From: a virus
Lineage: Duplodnaviria > Caudoviricetes
Reading direction: 5' to 3' (one strand)
Virus record (IMG/VR): IMGVR_UViG_3300037067_018912
Span: 128,001 to 192,000 of that record
Length of the DNA: 64,000 bases
In this document: positions 37,207 to 47,386 of the stretch, in pieces
Layout of the letters: the number at the start of each line of letters is the position of its first letter
How positions within the stretch are numbered: the first letter of the stretch is position 1
The notes under the pieces: model-generated
The model's input: only the letters and a program-made list of their open reading frames with translations
The model's database searches: none
Told to the model about the DNA's origin: nothing
Translations under genes and position numbers: made by a program

Positions 37207-38448
37207 TTAAAAGGGCAGGTCATCATATGCCCCACTCGTACCTTCTTGACCGGGATCAGGTGCTTCCACATTGGAGGCACTCTGCGCCTGTGAAAGAATA
37301 GTTGCACCCACATCAACCGAATTGTCGACATATGTGCCAACTTTGTCGGGAGTGATGTTACTGATGGTCACACGTGGATATTCCTCATCCTCATCCAAAT
37401 CGGACGCATATTCGAAATTCTCGTCGTCATTACCATCGAGGTCACGATTACGTGTGTTTGCAGCCGTTTCAAGATCAGGACGGCCTGGGAACACCCAATG
37501 CTTGTTATTGGCATCACTGTCATCCCAATATGGGTTTCTTTCCGCTACAATCGCTTCAAGGAATTCGTATGGCGGCATCCCCGGTGCTTGTTTCGGTTTG
37601 AAAACATCCCTCCAAGTAATCTGATCATTGAGCCATTCCGTTACCACAACAGGATCGTTGTGTAATGGTGATTTTCCATCGAACATAATAGCCGATACTT
37701 TCCTGTACTCATGACCATTGAAATCACTGAGAGCAGTAACAATTTTCAAATCCGTCCCGTCGACAGCACTTGAAAAATCGGCTTTTTGAACCGTCATGTA
37801 CTGTTCAAGAACAGGCAGCAACTTGTCCAAAGGACCATCCTTGCGGTAATTGTGTTTGAACCTCCAGAATTTTACACCGTCTTTCACTGCACCTCTGTCG
37901 ATACCACGGACGATATAAAACTTTTTGGCTTCCCACTTACTGGCTTCGGTGAAGATCGCCTTGTTCTTCTCAAAGATCGGCTTTTGTGCGTCGGTGATAT
38001 TCTCTTTCTTAATTCCCCTCAACGAAGGGTCTTGTTTCTTGAGAATTTCCTTTGCCTTTGCACAAAGCGGACAAGGTGCAGGAATCATGATCGGTTGGTT
38101 GTTGGAATCCAACAACGGATTGCCGTTCGCATCCAATTTCTTCACCTTGGGATCGTTATGAGCCGGACAGTAAATGATTGTGTTGAATTTTTTCTTGCCG
38201 CCTGAAATCGTGGTAGTAACAACATGGAAGAATGCTTCTTCGATGTGTTTCTTGCCTGGTTTCGGGGGAAGGATTCGGAAGGTTTCGGAAGGTTGTCGTG
38301 GAACGAAATACTTTTTCAGCATGTCCTCACGTGATTTCCTTCTTCCTGGTTGATTTTCAGACTTTTCTTTAAAGTCTTTGAAGAGTTTTTTCAATTCTGA
38401 CAAATCGCCACCTTGTGCGTTTGCCGCATTCGTACTAACATTTTCCAT
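37207..38448 (-). CDS. Single-stranded DNA-binding protein (T4 gp32-like)
   Basis: FRILPP...FFH...YCPAH...CPLC zinc site, YIVRGIDR...GVKFWRF, GTDLKI and an acidic tail ending DDLPF. Confidence 0.8.
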   Translation of the reverse strand: MENVSTNAANAQGGDLSELKKLFKDFKEKSENQPGRRKSREDMLKKYFVPRQPSETFRILPPKPGKKHIEEAFFHVVTTTISGGKKKFNTIIYCPAHNDPKVKKLDANGNPLLDSNNQPIMIPAPCPLCAKAKEILKKQDPSLRGIKKENITDAQKPIFEKNKAIFTEASKWEAKKFYIVRGIDRGAVKDGVKFWRFKHNYRKDGPLDKLLPVLEQYMTVQKADFSSAVDGTDLKIVTALSDFNGHEYRKVSAIMFDGKSPLHNDPVVVTEWLNDQITWRDVFKPKQAPGMPPYEFLEAIVAERNPYWDDSDANNKHWVFPGRPDLETAANTRNRDLDGNDDENFEYASDLDEDEEYPRVTISNITPDKVGTYVDNSVDVGATILSQAQSASNVEAPDPGQEGTSGAYDDLPF

Positions 38449-38568
38449 TTCAAAAAAATTTACAGTTACAATTATTTTTCAATTCGTAAAAATTGCAATT
38501 CTAAAATTACAATAGGTTTCCTATAAATACAAGAGTTTTTAAAAATAAACCTGAAACTCTCGCAATAT

Positions 38569-39990
38569 TTAAACTTTCAATACATTATCTGAAACAACGG
38601 TGAAATTAAGTGTCTGCTTATTCTCGAAATAACCACCATTCTTCATTCTAATCTGCAATTGATAATCGGCGGGGATCAACCAAGATGTATCAAGATTGAA
38701 CTCATATCCGGTATTTGTCCTGTCTACAGAAGTGAACGGAACTACATCAATCTCGTACTTTTTCCCAACCGTCGTGAACAACCTGTATTCAATGTTCAAA
38801 GGCAGGAAATTATTTTGGTTTGCATACAATTCCTTTATCGTCAATTTGATCTTGCGGACGCCCCCTGTTGTTAGATTTTCCTTTTCCCCGACACCCCAAA
38901 AATAAAAGAAATAATTATCGAGATTTACCGTACATGAATTATCAAAAGTGAAATATCTATCCTGAGAAATCAAATAAAACTCACCTTCATATTCTGTCGT
39001 TCTTCCGTTGATAGTAACGTTCCATACATCCCTGAACAACACTGCATCAGGGTATTCACTTGAAGCAACACTTAAAGTAACCTTGTAAACCCCTTTGCGC
39101 ACATTCACAATTGAAGCACCACTTAAAATATCTATCAGATTGTCCTCATAATCATATATTTCAACGTCATTCACTGTGATATCTTGCGCAAAACCACCAA
39201 CATTGACATAAAGATACAAATCATTTTCCTTGTCAAGGTAGAAATAATTCCTATCGTCAGTTATTGTATCATCTATAATGGTCTCGATATATGGTTCATA
39301 CCAAGTATTTGTGCCTTTTGCGTGGAATGCAACTGCCTGTCTGAATTCGGTTTCAAGTTCCTCATACATCTCAGCGAACTTAATTCCAAGTCCGTAGGAA
39401 TTCCCGGTATACGCCGAAGTCCCGGTGTAACCTGTACCGAATAACCTTTGGTTGACATAATCAGTAATGTCGATTTCAATACTTTCACTCCCTTTCTCGA
39501 ATTCTTGGGACGAAATGATTTGAGTAATACCGCTTTGGTATGAGCCACCGCTTTGTGCCCAAGGAACATTTGTTTTTCGGAAATACCAATTGGAAGCCTG
39601 TTCCATATAGTTCTGCAATGGTATTCCATCACTATACATGAAATCGTAACCACCACCCTCGTCCCAATCCTCGTCGACGTTATACAAATCCAATTGGAAA
39701 CTCGTCGCCCTATCAATATTCAAGGAATAGGACTTCTTTCCAACATATTGCTCTGCATAACTGATGGTATTGGTCATATGAAGTACATGCCTCACAATTC
39801 TATCCGGATTGATGAAGCCTTCTTCTATCCTGTTCCTCAAATCACTCAAGTCGACATCAAATATAAACCTGCTCGGCTCGGCATTGAACGTACCGTAGGA
39901 TATTTCCGTGACTGGGTTTTGGGAATTGTTAAACAGGACACCTTTGACCAGCGTGCTGTTTTTCAGGAAATATGACCGGAATACTGACAT
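38569..39990 (-). CDS. Probable virion structural protein
   Basis: 473 aa, beta-rich, with SRFIFDVDLS and WDEGGGYD motifs. Upstream GTATTTAT motif at 40003-40010. Confidence 0.5.
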   Translation of the reverse strand: MSVFRSYFLKNSTLVKGVLFNNSQNPVTEISYGTFNAEPSRFIFDVDLSDLRNRIEEGFINPDRIVRHVLHMTNTISYAEQYVGKKSYSLNIDRATSFQLDLYNVDEDWDEGGGYDFMYSDGIPLQNYMEQASNWYFRKTNVPWAQSGGSYQSGITQIISSQEFEKGSESIEIDITDYVNQRLFGTGYTGTSAYTGNSYGLGIKFAEMYEELETEFRQAVAFHAKGTNTWYEPYIETIIDDTITDDRNYFYLDKENDLYLYVNVGGFAQDITVNDVEIYDYEDNLIDILSGASIVNVRKGVYKVTLSVASSEYPDAVLFRDVWNVTINGRTTEYEGEFYLISQDRYFTFDNSCTVNLDNYFFYFWGVGEKENLTTGGVRKIKLTIKELYANQNNFLPLNIEYRLFTTVGKKYEIDVVPFTSVDRTNTGYEFNLDTSWLIPADYQLQIRMKNGGYFENKQTLNFTVVSDNVLKV

Positions 39991-40019
39991 TTTAATTTTA
40001 TTATAAATACCTCCATATC

Positions 40020-40051
40020 AAAAAAGGACTATCTTTCGACAGTCCTTTTTT
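40020..40051. terminator. Intrinsic terminator (bidirectional form)
   Basis: aaaaaaggact-atctttcgac-agtccttttttt. Confidence 0.7.
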
Positions 40052-40070
40052 ATCGTCAGGATCATAAAAC

Positions 40071-42527
40071 TTAGGCATTCGTCTCAATCCACTCCATTAT
40101 CTTGCTCGCATAATATGAAGATGTCAGATCATTCAAGAAATTATCGATTTCCATCCCGGCGTTTGGCTCATCAATCATGAAGGATTTTGATTCAATTGGT
40201 TGTTTTGTGTTCCAATCCAATGCTTCGATTTGAATTGCCCTACCTGAGATAACGAGTTTAATAATACCACCCTTGGCATACTCGCCGATCTTGAAAACCT
40301 TAGTTTTCATATTTCCTGCAGCCATTTCATCCATTTTCTCTGGTTCTTCTTCTTCGCCTCCGTCAATTTCATCGCCGACGTTTTTGGGTTTGAAACCAAG
40401 AAGCATATTGGTCATTTCTTTATCTTCTCCATCGGTGGGTTTTTCTTCCGAATCTCCTTCACCACCACCCTTTTCTGACTTGGCTTGGTCTTCCATCTGT
40501 TTCAAACGGGTGTAATAGTCAGGAAATTCTGCGAGATGATCCATAGCAATTTCAAACGCTTTCATTGGATCGTCCGTGTGCTCCATTTCTACATCAACAC
40601 CCATCGCCAATTGATCAAGATTGAACTCCAACGGCGACTTGCCCTCGGCTTTTCCGCCAGGAATTTGTTCGCCCGCCGCTTCCTTGTCTGTCGCCATCTG
40701 TGCGATGTCGTCGCTTTGTTGTTCTTCTGATGGTTGTTCATCATCCATTGAAGGGTTTTCAATATCATTTTCAGGCTGTTCTGGTGTTACACCGTCGATA
40801 GGTTCAGGAGTTTCAACATCATCATTATTCTCAGATTCATCCCCATCCTCCATAAGACCCTTAGATTTCTGCTTGGCCAAATCATCCACCTGTTGACGGA
40901 GTGATTTAACAGTAGTCTGTGGACTTGGCATCTCATCGTATTTGGACGCTGTTTGTATGTTCTTTCTTGCGATTTCCGGGTCTTCCTCTTCTTTTATCTT
41001 GATTTTTTTGGAATATTTTTTTTGTTTTTTGTTGTATTGTTTTTCGGGACTGAATTCCTTACCCAATTCCTTGGGATAATCACTCTTTTCTTCACCTTCG
41101 CCAAGGTAATCGTCCGCCCATGCGGGGTGCACCCTGCTCTTGGCAGGAGGTTGAACACCCGTCAACTTATTGATTTCACCTTTAATCTGTTCCATAGTCG
41201 GTGTTTGAACACCGCTTGCAATCAGATTATCATAAGCCTGGTTGATAATTTGTCTTTTTTCTTCCGGAATTTCCTCCGTTGGTTCAGTGTCCACAGGAAG
41301 TGGATCGTCAATGCCCGGCACTTCCTCCGGCGCATTTTTTTGTTTAAATTTGTTCACAAAATTGACATACTTACCTGCGTCCTCTCCACCTTCGTCACCC
41401 ACTTCTTCGGGCGGCAGGTTGAGATTATCGTCTGCAACTTGAATATCATCCTCGTCGTCCTGTTCATTCATTTTCGACATGTATGCAACAAACATCGCAT
41501 TGGCTACCTTTGCAATCATTTCGGTATACGTCTCAGAATCCATGCTGTAGAATTGTTCGGGAGTGAGTTCACTGGAGATCGCTTCAATGGCTGCATTAAT
41601 ATAACCTTGTTTTCCTTGTGGACTGAGTGATCTGTAATGACCTTGGTGAGCCTTGTTTACAATGGTATCAGCAGTTTTACCGACATTTAAAATATTTTCA
41701 GTCATGGGATTGTTCGCAATTTCTTCGGATTTGTCCCATATCTGTTTTAACTCTTCATCCGGTAACTTATTAAAATCATCGGCAGTATATTTGAAATATT
41801 TTGCAAGTTCAGGATGCCTGCCTTGAACTGCTTGTGCTGTTGGGTCTTTCGACCATGTATTTGCAAAATAATTAACCAAATTGTTTCTTGTTTCCGGCGA
41901 ATACGTCGATTCATTAACAATCTTCTTCAATTCCTCGGCGTCAACCCTCAATTTTGGGTTGGTTGGTTTTTCATCTGCGTATTGGATGGGTTTTACCATA
42001 CCCTCCCGATCTTTTGCACCAAAGGGATATGAGTCAATCTTCTTGGCCGCCTCTTCGTAAATCTCGTCCATTTCTTCCGGCGCACCTTCCTCGGCATCGA
42101 TGTATTTCTGCACAATATCGAAGAGTTCGTTTTTATGCTGCATGTTAAACCTTCTCAAATCGTTCTCAGTCAATTCAACAGTCTCACTGCCGTCGGCAGC
42201 ATCAAACGTAAAACTGATAAGAGCAACTTCATTCACGCTGAAAACACCGTCTTGATCACCTTCGGATAAATTGGCTTTGAATGTAAACGTCAGATTGTCG
42301 TTTTGTTTGTCAATAGCAGTAATTTCAACGAATGTTTGATCGTTATCCGTTTGTGTGTTTGATTGTTCGATATTAAGAACACCATTCTTGAGATCGTTAA
42401 ATGCAACATCCAAAACTCCGGTTTTGGAATAGTTCTGTACAACGGCTTCATCAAGCCTGATTTTATTCACTTTTTGAAATATGTCGAGAAGTCTCTCGCT
42501 GCTGCCTATCTTGTCAAATACTTTCAT
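40071..42527 (-). CDS. Acidic low-complexity protein with DUF5661-like motif; probable internal head protein
   Basis: GVDVEMEHTDDPMKAFEIAMDHLAEFPDYYTRLKQME motif, many hydrophobic-x-E sites, and an N-terminus shared with the next gene. Confidence 0.55.
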   Translation of the reverse strand: MKVFDKIGSSERLLDIFQKVNKIRLDEAVVQNYSKTGVLDVAFNDLKNGVLNIEQSNTQTDNDQTFVEITAIDKQNDNLTFTFKANLSEGDQDGVFSVNEVALISFTFDAADGSETVELTENDLRRFNMQHKNELFDIVQKYIDAEEGAPEEMDEIYEEAAKKIDSYPFGAKDREGMVKPIQYADEKPTNPKLRVDAEELKKIVNESTYSPETRNNLVNYFANTWSKDPTAQAVQGRHPELAKYFKYTADDFNKLPDEELKQIWDKSEEIANNPMTENILNVGKTADTIVNKAHQGHYRSLSPQGKQGYINAAIEAISSELTPEQFYSMDSETYTEMIAKVANAMFVAYMSKMNEQDDEDDIQVADDNLNLPPEEVGDEGGEDAGKYVNFVNKFKQKNAPEEVPGIDDPLPVDTEPTEEIPEEKRQIINQAYDNLIASGVQTPTMEQIKGEINKLTGVQPPAKSRVHPAWADDYLGEGEEKSDYPKELGKEFSPEKQYNKKQKKYSKKIKIKEEEDPEIARKNIQTASKYDEMPSPQTTVKSLRQQVDDLAKQKSKGLMEDGDESENNDDVETPEPIDGVTPEQPENDIENPSMDDEQPSEEQQSDDIAQMATDKEAAGEQIPGGKAEGKSPLEFNLDQLAMGVDVEMEHTDDPMKAFEIAMDHLAEFPDYYTRLKQMEDQAKSEKGGGEGDSEEKPTDGEDKEMTNMLLGFKPKNVGDEIDGGEEEEPEKMDEMAAGNMKTKVFKIGEYAKGGIIKLVISGRAIQIEALDWNTKQPIESKSFMIDEPNAGMEIDNFLNDLTSSYYASKIMEWIETNA

Positions 42528-42538
42528 AATTTTTGTTG

Positions 42539-42991
42539 TTATTCGAAAATTATTGGGTTATTTTTACCGTATTCCCTCATAAACACCCCGGCAAGCGCAT
42601 TTGCTTCATTTTCCACATCGCTCCCCGTTTTGTTCGAACCGGAATCCAACCTTCCGTCTTTTCCTTGTTTATAATGTATACTTTCATGCCCGGTCGTCCG
42701 CAACACGTCTGCAAGATTCCTGTTCACCGCTACAACTCTCAATTCGTTGGTTTCTGGAGTATATTTGCCGAACGACGCCATACTTGCAGCCTCTTCAGGA
42801 TCGTATGAAAGGACTACATTAGGCACGTCCTGTCCCAAACCGAGTTTTTCTGCAATGAATTTCATAAAATCGGCAACGATCTCCTCTTTTTTCTCCTTCG
42901 GCAACACCTGTTCCACAAGAACAACCTTGTTAACCTTCTGAAACATCTCAAGAAGCCGTTCTTTTGAGCCGTATGGGTGGAACGCTTTCAC
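42539..42991 (-). CDS. Small zincin-like metallopeptidase-motif protein
   Basis: LRTTGHESIHYKQ (HExxH) with a downstream ENEANA third-ligand motif. Confidence 0.6.
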   Translation of the reverse strand: MKAFHPYGSKERLLEMFQKVNKVVLVEQVLPKEKKEEIVADFMKFIAEKLGLGQDVPNVVLSYDPEEAASMASFGKYTPETNELRVVAVNRNLADVLRTTGHESIHYKQGKDGRLDSGSNKTGSDVENEANALAGVFMREYGKNNPIIFE

Positions 42992-42993
42992 AA

Positions 42994-43716
42994 TTAAACC
43001 ATGTCGTTAAAACTGTCTTGAACATCCATCTTCGATTTCTGTGGAAGATCGTCGAAATCAGCAACAAACGTGCCGTCCGGCAATTGATTTATCCCCTTTT
43101 CATTATTCGCACTTCTCTGTTGATTGAACCAATTGTCCGACCATAAGTCATTCAGATTGAAGTAATAAGGGTATGAGACCTTAGTCTTGTTCATCAATTT
43201 TTCGGAATTGGTTGGTTCACGAACTTCTTCCACATCAGCGTTCAGAGTGTCAATTTTGCTGTTCAATTGATTGACCGTGCTGCTCAACATTTCCAATTCA
43301 TCGTGAATGCTCTTCATCGCCTCGATGTTGTGTTTAATAATGTCGTTTTGAACGTCATCCACTTCCGGTGCGGGTTCTGTTGGAGGCATTCCCATAGATG
43401 GGTCGTCCATTCCACCCGGAGGTGGCATGGTTTCACCACCCGCTTTATCAAATGCGGGTGTCGGGGGTGCTCCCGGAGCGTCAGCATTCATTGGTTGGTC
43501 ATTCGTCGGTGCAGGAGGCATCTCGCCTCCACCCGGCTTTTCAGCGTCCTCTTGTTCACCCGCCTCGTTTGTCAACACAGGTGCTTGATCAAAGATTTCG
43601 CTGTCGCCAACCAACGGGCGGTAACGTGGCGTCTCACTTATCTGATAGCCAATACGGTGTTTTATCTTCCTGATATGTTCTTCAAGAAGGATATTCCCCT
43701 TTTCATTTTTTTCCAT
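42994..43716 (-). CDS. Pro/acidic-rich coiled-coil protein (scaffold/head-associated, hypothetical)
   Basis: LLEEHIRKIKHRIGY start, Pro-rich linker and heptad segment. Confidence 0.5.
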   Translation of the reverse strand: MEKNEKGNILLEEHIRKIKHRIGYQISETPRYRPLVGDSEIFDQAPVLTNEAGEQEDAEKPGGGEMPPAPTNDQPMNADAPGAPPTPAFDKAGGETMPPPGGMDDPSMGMPPTEPAPEVDDVQNDIIKHNIEAMKSIHDELEMLSSTVNQLNSKIDTLNADVEEVREPTNSEKLMNKTKVSYPYYFNLNDLWSDNWFNQQRSANNEKGINQLPDGTFVADFDDLPQKSKMDVQDSFNDMV

Positions 43717-43728
43717 TGCAAAAGAATG

Positions 43729-43920
43729 TTAGTATCTTTCCCTGAGTAATTGTTTGCCGTCTTTTGTGACAAATACCTTATCAACACGTTCAATCAAACC
43801 CTCCCTCTCGTCGAGGACGACTTTCTTGGCATTGTCTGCTTTCTCCTTTTCCGCCAATTCTTCCTCGGTCAAAGGGGTTTCAATGAAACTGTTGATTGCT
43901 TTTTCAACATTGTCTTCCAT
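43729..43920 (-). CDS. Small hypothetical protein (63 aa)
   Basis: First gene after the GTATTTAT motif at 43942-43949. Packs tightly with the downstream genes. Confidence 0.6.
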   Translation of the reverse strand: MEDNVEKAINSFIETPLTEEELAEKEKADNAKKVVLDEREGLIERVDKVFVTKDGKQLLRERY

Positions 43921-43959
43921 AGCACTTATAATTTATTTATTATAAATACTACAGAGATA

Positions 43960-44595
43960 TCATTTTGTCAGGATGACAACGAGATATCTTTTAAGATGAG
44001 TAAAATTTGGAAAGATTTTATATTGGGTGACATAGAGCATGCCATCTCCATCATTCACGGTTACTGCGGAACGCCCGCACACCCGTTCAATTATAATTGC
44101 AACATTGAATTGGAAGTATTCGTACATCTTGAGATTAACACCCCAAATCTTGTTGTCATTAAGGATGTATAACATCTCATCCTTGAAATTGTAAACCCTG
44201 TCGAAATTCTTCGGAAGAACGGCCATAAGATCATCAATGTCGCTTATTTGGAAGAACACCGGGTCAAGATTGGTGTATGTATATTTCGGTTGGAAGTATA
44301 ACTGAGGTGCTGTGTTGACGAAATTTTGAACACCTTTCACGTGGAACGACTTGCTTTCCTCGTAGGAAAACTCCCAATACAATTCGTTGGTTACAACCTT
44401 TTTTTTAAGGATATCGGCGTTTTGAATAATACTATTACCAGGATTACACTCTTTCATAAATGACCATCCAACATAAAGTGTCGGCAACGAATGGTCGAGC
44501 GTGTCATACGCCGTTGGCTTGTCAATGTAATTAACATATTCAACCGCCGTGTGGTTCACAAGAGGTTTCTCATGTACGACATTTGCAATTTTCAT
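43960..44595 (-). CDS. Hypothetical protein (211 aa)
   Basis: Clean ORF overlapping the end of the upstream nucleotidyltransferase gene. Confidence 0.6.
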   Translation of the reverse strand: MKIANVVHEKPLVNHTAVEYVNYIDKPTAYDTLDHSLPTLYVGWSFMKECNPGNSIIQNADILKKKVVTNELYWEFSYEESKSFHVKGVQNFVNTAPQLYFQPKYTYTNLDPVFFQISDIDDLMAVLPKNFDRVYNFKDEMLYILNDNKIWGVNLKMYEYFQFNVAIIIERVCGRSAVTVNDGDGMLYVTQYKIFPNFTHLKRYLVVILTK

Positions 44596-45028
44596 TCGCC
44601 TTGTATAATTTCAACACCCTTTCAATAATACCCGTCGTCGAACACCAATCTGTAGGATAATAAATCACACCATTCTTGGCAAATTCAGCACCGACAATAA
44701 CCTTATCTTTGTAATGATCTCCAACAACGATATGGTCAATTTCAAACTTTTCAATGAAGTATTTCATTTCTTCATCGTCGTGAAAAACCACCACACTATC
44801 AACCATCTTGAGGTTGCACATAACCTTCATCCTTGTGCCAATACCGTTTATCGGTCTCTTGTCGCCCTTGAGCATCCGAACTCTTTCATCGCCATCCAAT
44901 CCGACGAACAGTTTGTTCTTGTTTAAATACAGCGGAATTGAATTATTTTCGTATAATTTTGCATACCAAAGGAGGTTTATATGCCCTTCGTGCAAAAGAT
45001 CGAAACAACCGCTGACCCAAATGTTCAT
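44570..45028 (-). CDS. HldE/RfaE domain II-like sugar-phosphate nucleotidyltransferase (cytidylyltransferase fold)
   Basis: MNIWVSGCFDLLHEGH (HxGH), LFVGLDGDERVRMLKGDKRPIN, VGDHY and STT. The ATG at 45028 overlaps the kinase stop (ATGA). Confidence 0.85.
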   Translation of the reverse strand: MNIWVSGCFDLLHEGHINLLWYAKLYENNSIPLYLNKNKLFVGLDGDERVRMLKGDKRPINGIGTRMKVMCNLKMVDSVVVFHDDEEMKYFIEKFEIDHIVVGDHYKDKVIVGAEFAKNGVIYYPTDWCSTTGIIERVLKLYKANENCKCRT

Positions 45029-45807
45029 AATCCCACCTTTTTCGTATCGATAACAACTACACCCTTTTGAGTAACCACCCATGCGGCACATTTATTAGCA
45101 AAACGTATTGCTTCACAAATATCGGAATTTTCGAGATATTTTGCAACAAGTGCCGCTAAAAACGTGTCGCCCGCACCGGACAAGTCCCTAACGTCATGCT
45201 CCTCCAAAATTGGAAAAGATTCGTTCTTTATTTCCCCGTCGTCATCATAATATCTCGTCGCTCCCAACCTACCTTCCGTTACAATAAGATCACCCGGATA
45301 ATGATCAATTAAATAACCCTCATTTTGAAGAAACTCCTTTTGATTGATCTTTATGTGTGTAATATAATCACACCACCCATATATCCGTTTTTTTGAATCC
45401 ATAAATGTCAATGAATGGTTATTGGAAATATAAACAATATCCTCTATACTCAAGAACCCCTTGTTGTAATCCGAGATGACAATTGCGTCATAATCGTTCA
45501 AATCCAACTTGTCAAGGTCTTCTCTTTTCATAGGGAAGATGCTGTCTTTTTGATCCACCCGCAAAAGCATTTGGTTGGAGACCTCGTCCACATACCTTGT
45601 TTTGACTGGTCTCAGATCGTTGGTTAGAATATCACATTGGACGCCCAATGCCTTGAGATTTTCATAGACATTGATTGCCATGCCGCCGTTACCAACAGTT
45701 TTCAGTGGGTTAAATATCGGCACAGGTGCTTCCGGGCACAACCTGGAACAATTACCGTAGATGAACATGTCCAAACAACTGTCACCGATCACTAAAACTT
45801 TTTTCAT
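45025..45807 (-). CDS. HldE/RfaE domain I-like heptose-7-phosphate kinase (PfkB family)
   Basis: VLVIGDSCLDMFIYGNCSRLCPEAPVP, GGMAINV, ISDYNKG and DLSGAGDTFLA. Confidence 0.85.
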   Translation of the reverse strand: MKKVLVIGDSCLDMFIYGNCSRLCPEAPVPIFNPLKTVGNGGMAINVYENLKALGVQCDILTNDLRPVKTRYVDEVSNQMLLRVDQKDSIFPMKREDLDKLDLNDYDAIVISDYNKGFLSIEDIVYISNNHSLTFMDSKKRIYGWCDYITHIKINQKEFLQNEGYLIDHYPGDLIVTEGRLGATRYYDDDGEIKNESFPILEEHDVRDLSGAGDTFLAALVAKYLENSDICEAIRFANKCAAWVVTQKGVVVIDTKKVGL

Positions 45808-45810
45808 GTC

Positions 45811-47385
45811 TTAGACCTTTCCTGTGTTATATTTTGTATGATAATATATGATTGCATCCTTCTGCATCTCACGAATTTTTTCTTCACCATATATGCTCTT
45901 GAATGTTGTTCTATGATGATGCGGGATAATCAAATCTTGCACTAATGCCATTGTATAGCCATTATCGAGAAGACGATGACAGTAATCATCATCATCTCCA
46001 AGACCTACACCAAAACTCTCATCGAGAAGTCCAACCTTATCAAAAACCTCCTTCTTAAACATTGCACAAAAAAATGCAAACATCCCCCCGCTTCTAACAA
46101 CATAACCCTTTTGACCTTTCGGATATTTTCCCTGCCAACTATTTGGGGTTGTTGTCAACGGACCCGATAAGCCAATATTTTCATTTTGAATCAATGGTTC
46201 TGATAATTTTTCAAGCCAAGAATCCACCGCCTCAGTATCATTATTCATCAACACTATAAACTTGGCATTACTTGCCGATATCCCCATGTTTGTCGCTTTC
46301 ACGAATCCAAGATTTTCCTTGTTCCTGATAAGTATATGGGGCATGTCTTTCAACACTTTCCGAATTTTATTAAGTTCAGATTTCTCTGATCCATTATCAA
46401 CAAAAACAATTCTATAATTTTCAGAATGTTCCTTGATGCTTAGTAGACAATTAATTACATATTCCGACATATTCCACGATGGTATTACAATATCGTACAA
46501 AGTCTCTGTAATCAAATCATCTCGTCTTCCCAAACCGTTGGCTTTCTTCCGCTGAACCGCAGTCAACGGTTCGTCGATGTGTGTTATTTTCTTGAAATAA
46601 TTATACAAAAATGTTATCACCCGGAAATCACCCAAAGCATATCCTTCCCATTCCGGTTTAATTACCGAATTGAAGCAGAAACATAATGTAGAAATATCAT
46701 AAAGGACTGGTTTACCTAAGAAATTTTCATCTGAAGGTATAATTCTTCCTTTCGGAAATTGCGAACGGTATATTATCAAATCATTCCCATTTTCAATCTC
46801 TTTTGAAATTTTTAACAACGCATCTCTGTCGTTCAACTTGTCATCGTCATCAAGATACATTATATAACCATTCTTTACATATTTATGTAACTCATTAAGA
46901 TATAAATTATATTTAGCGGGTGCACCATATCTTAAATCACCACTTTTCTGCTCAATTTTGACGTCATTAAAATCGTACCTTACTATCGAACATTTATATT
47001 TTTTTACATATTCAAGACTTTCATCGTCATCAACTCCAACGATAATATTGTAATTCTTGTACGTCTGCTCAAACACGGATTCGATACAATTTTTGAAATA
47101 ATTCGGCCTGGCGGAAGTTCTTATTAAAATGTTAATCAACGGTTTCTTCAAACTATTTTTTAGAAGCACAGACCTGTTTTGATCATCCCCTTTTTCAATA
47201 ACAACCGCTTTTTCGTGTGGCTTGATTTCGGTTTTAACTGGCTCAATAACTCTTTGCTTGGGTTCTACCCACGACGGTATATTCCTCGTACTATCACCCT
47301 TTTTCTTGATGAAAACGAGGTTCTTGCGCTTCTCTTCCCTTCTCCTCTTTATTACCGCTTTAATATCGGGACGATCTCTTCTCAT
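45811..47385 (-). CDS. Two-domain GT2 glycosyltransferase with basic N-terminal extension
   Basis: INILIRTSARP...YLDDDD domain followed by a DIVIPSWN...VDNGS...NLGFVKATN...MNNDT domain. Confidence 0.8.
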   Translation of the reverse strand: MRRDRPDIKAVIKRRREEKRKNLVFIKKKGDSTRNIPSWVEPKQRVIEPVKTEIKPHEKAVVIEKGDDQNRSVLLKNSLKKPLINILIRTSARPNYFKNCIESVFEQTYKNYNIIVGVDDDESLEYVKKYKCSIVRYDFNDVKIEQKSGDLRYGAPAKYNLYLNELHKYVKNGYIMYLDDDDKLNDRDALLKISKEIENGNDLIIYRSQFPKGRIIPSDENFLGKPVLYDISTLCFCFNSVIKPEWEGYALGDFRVITFLYNYFKKITHIDEPLTAVQRKKANGLGRRDDLITETLYDIVIPSWNMSEYVINCLLSIKEHSENYRIVFVDNGSEKSELNKIRKVLKDMPHILIRNKENLGFVKATNMGISASNAKFIVLMNNDTEAVDSWLEKLSEPLIQNENIGLSGPLTTTPNSWQGKYPKGQKGYVVRSGGMFAFFCAMFKKEVFDKVGLLDESFGVGLGDDDDYCHRLLDNGYTMALVQDLIIPHHHRTTFKSIYGEEKIREMQKDAIIYYHTKYNTGKV

Positions 47386-47386
47386 T

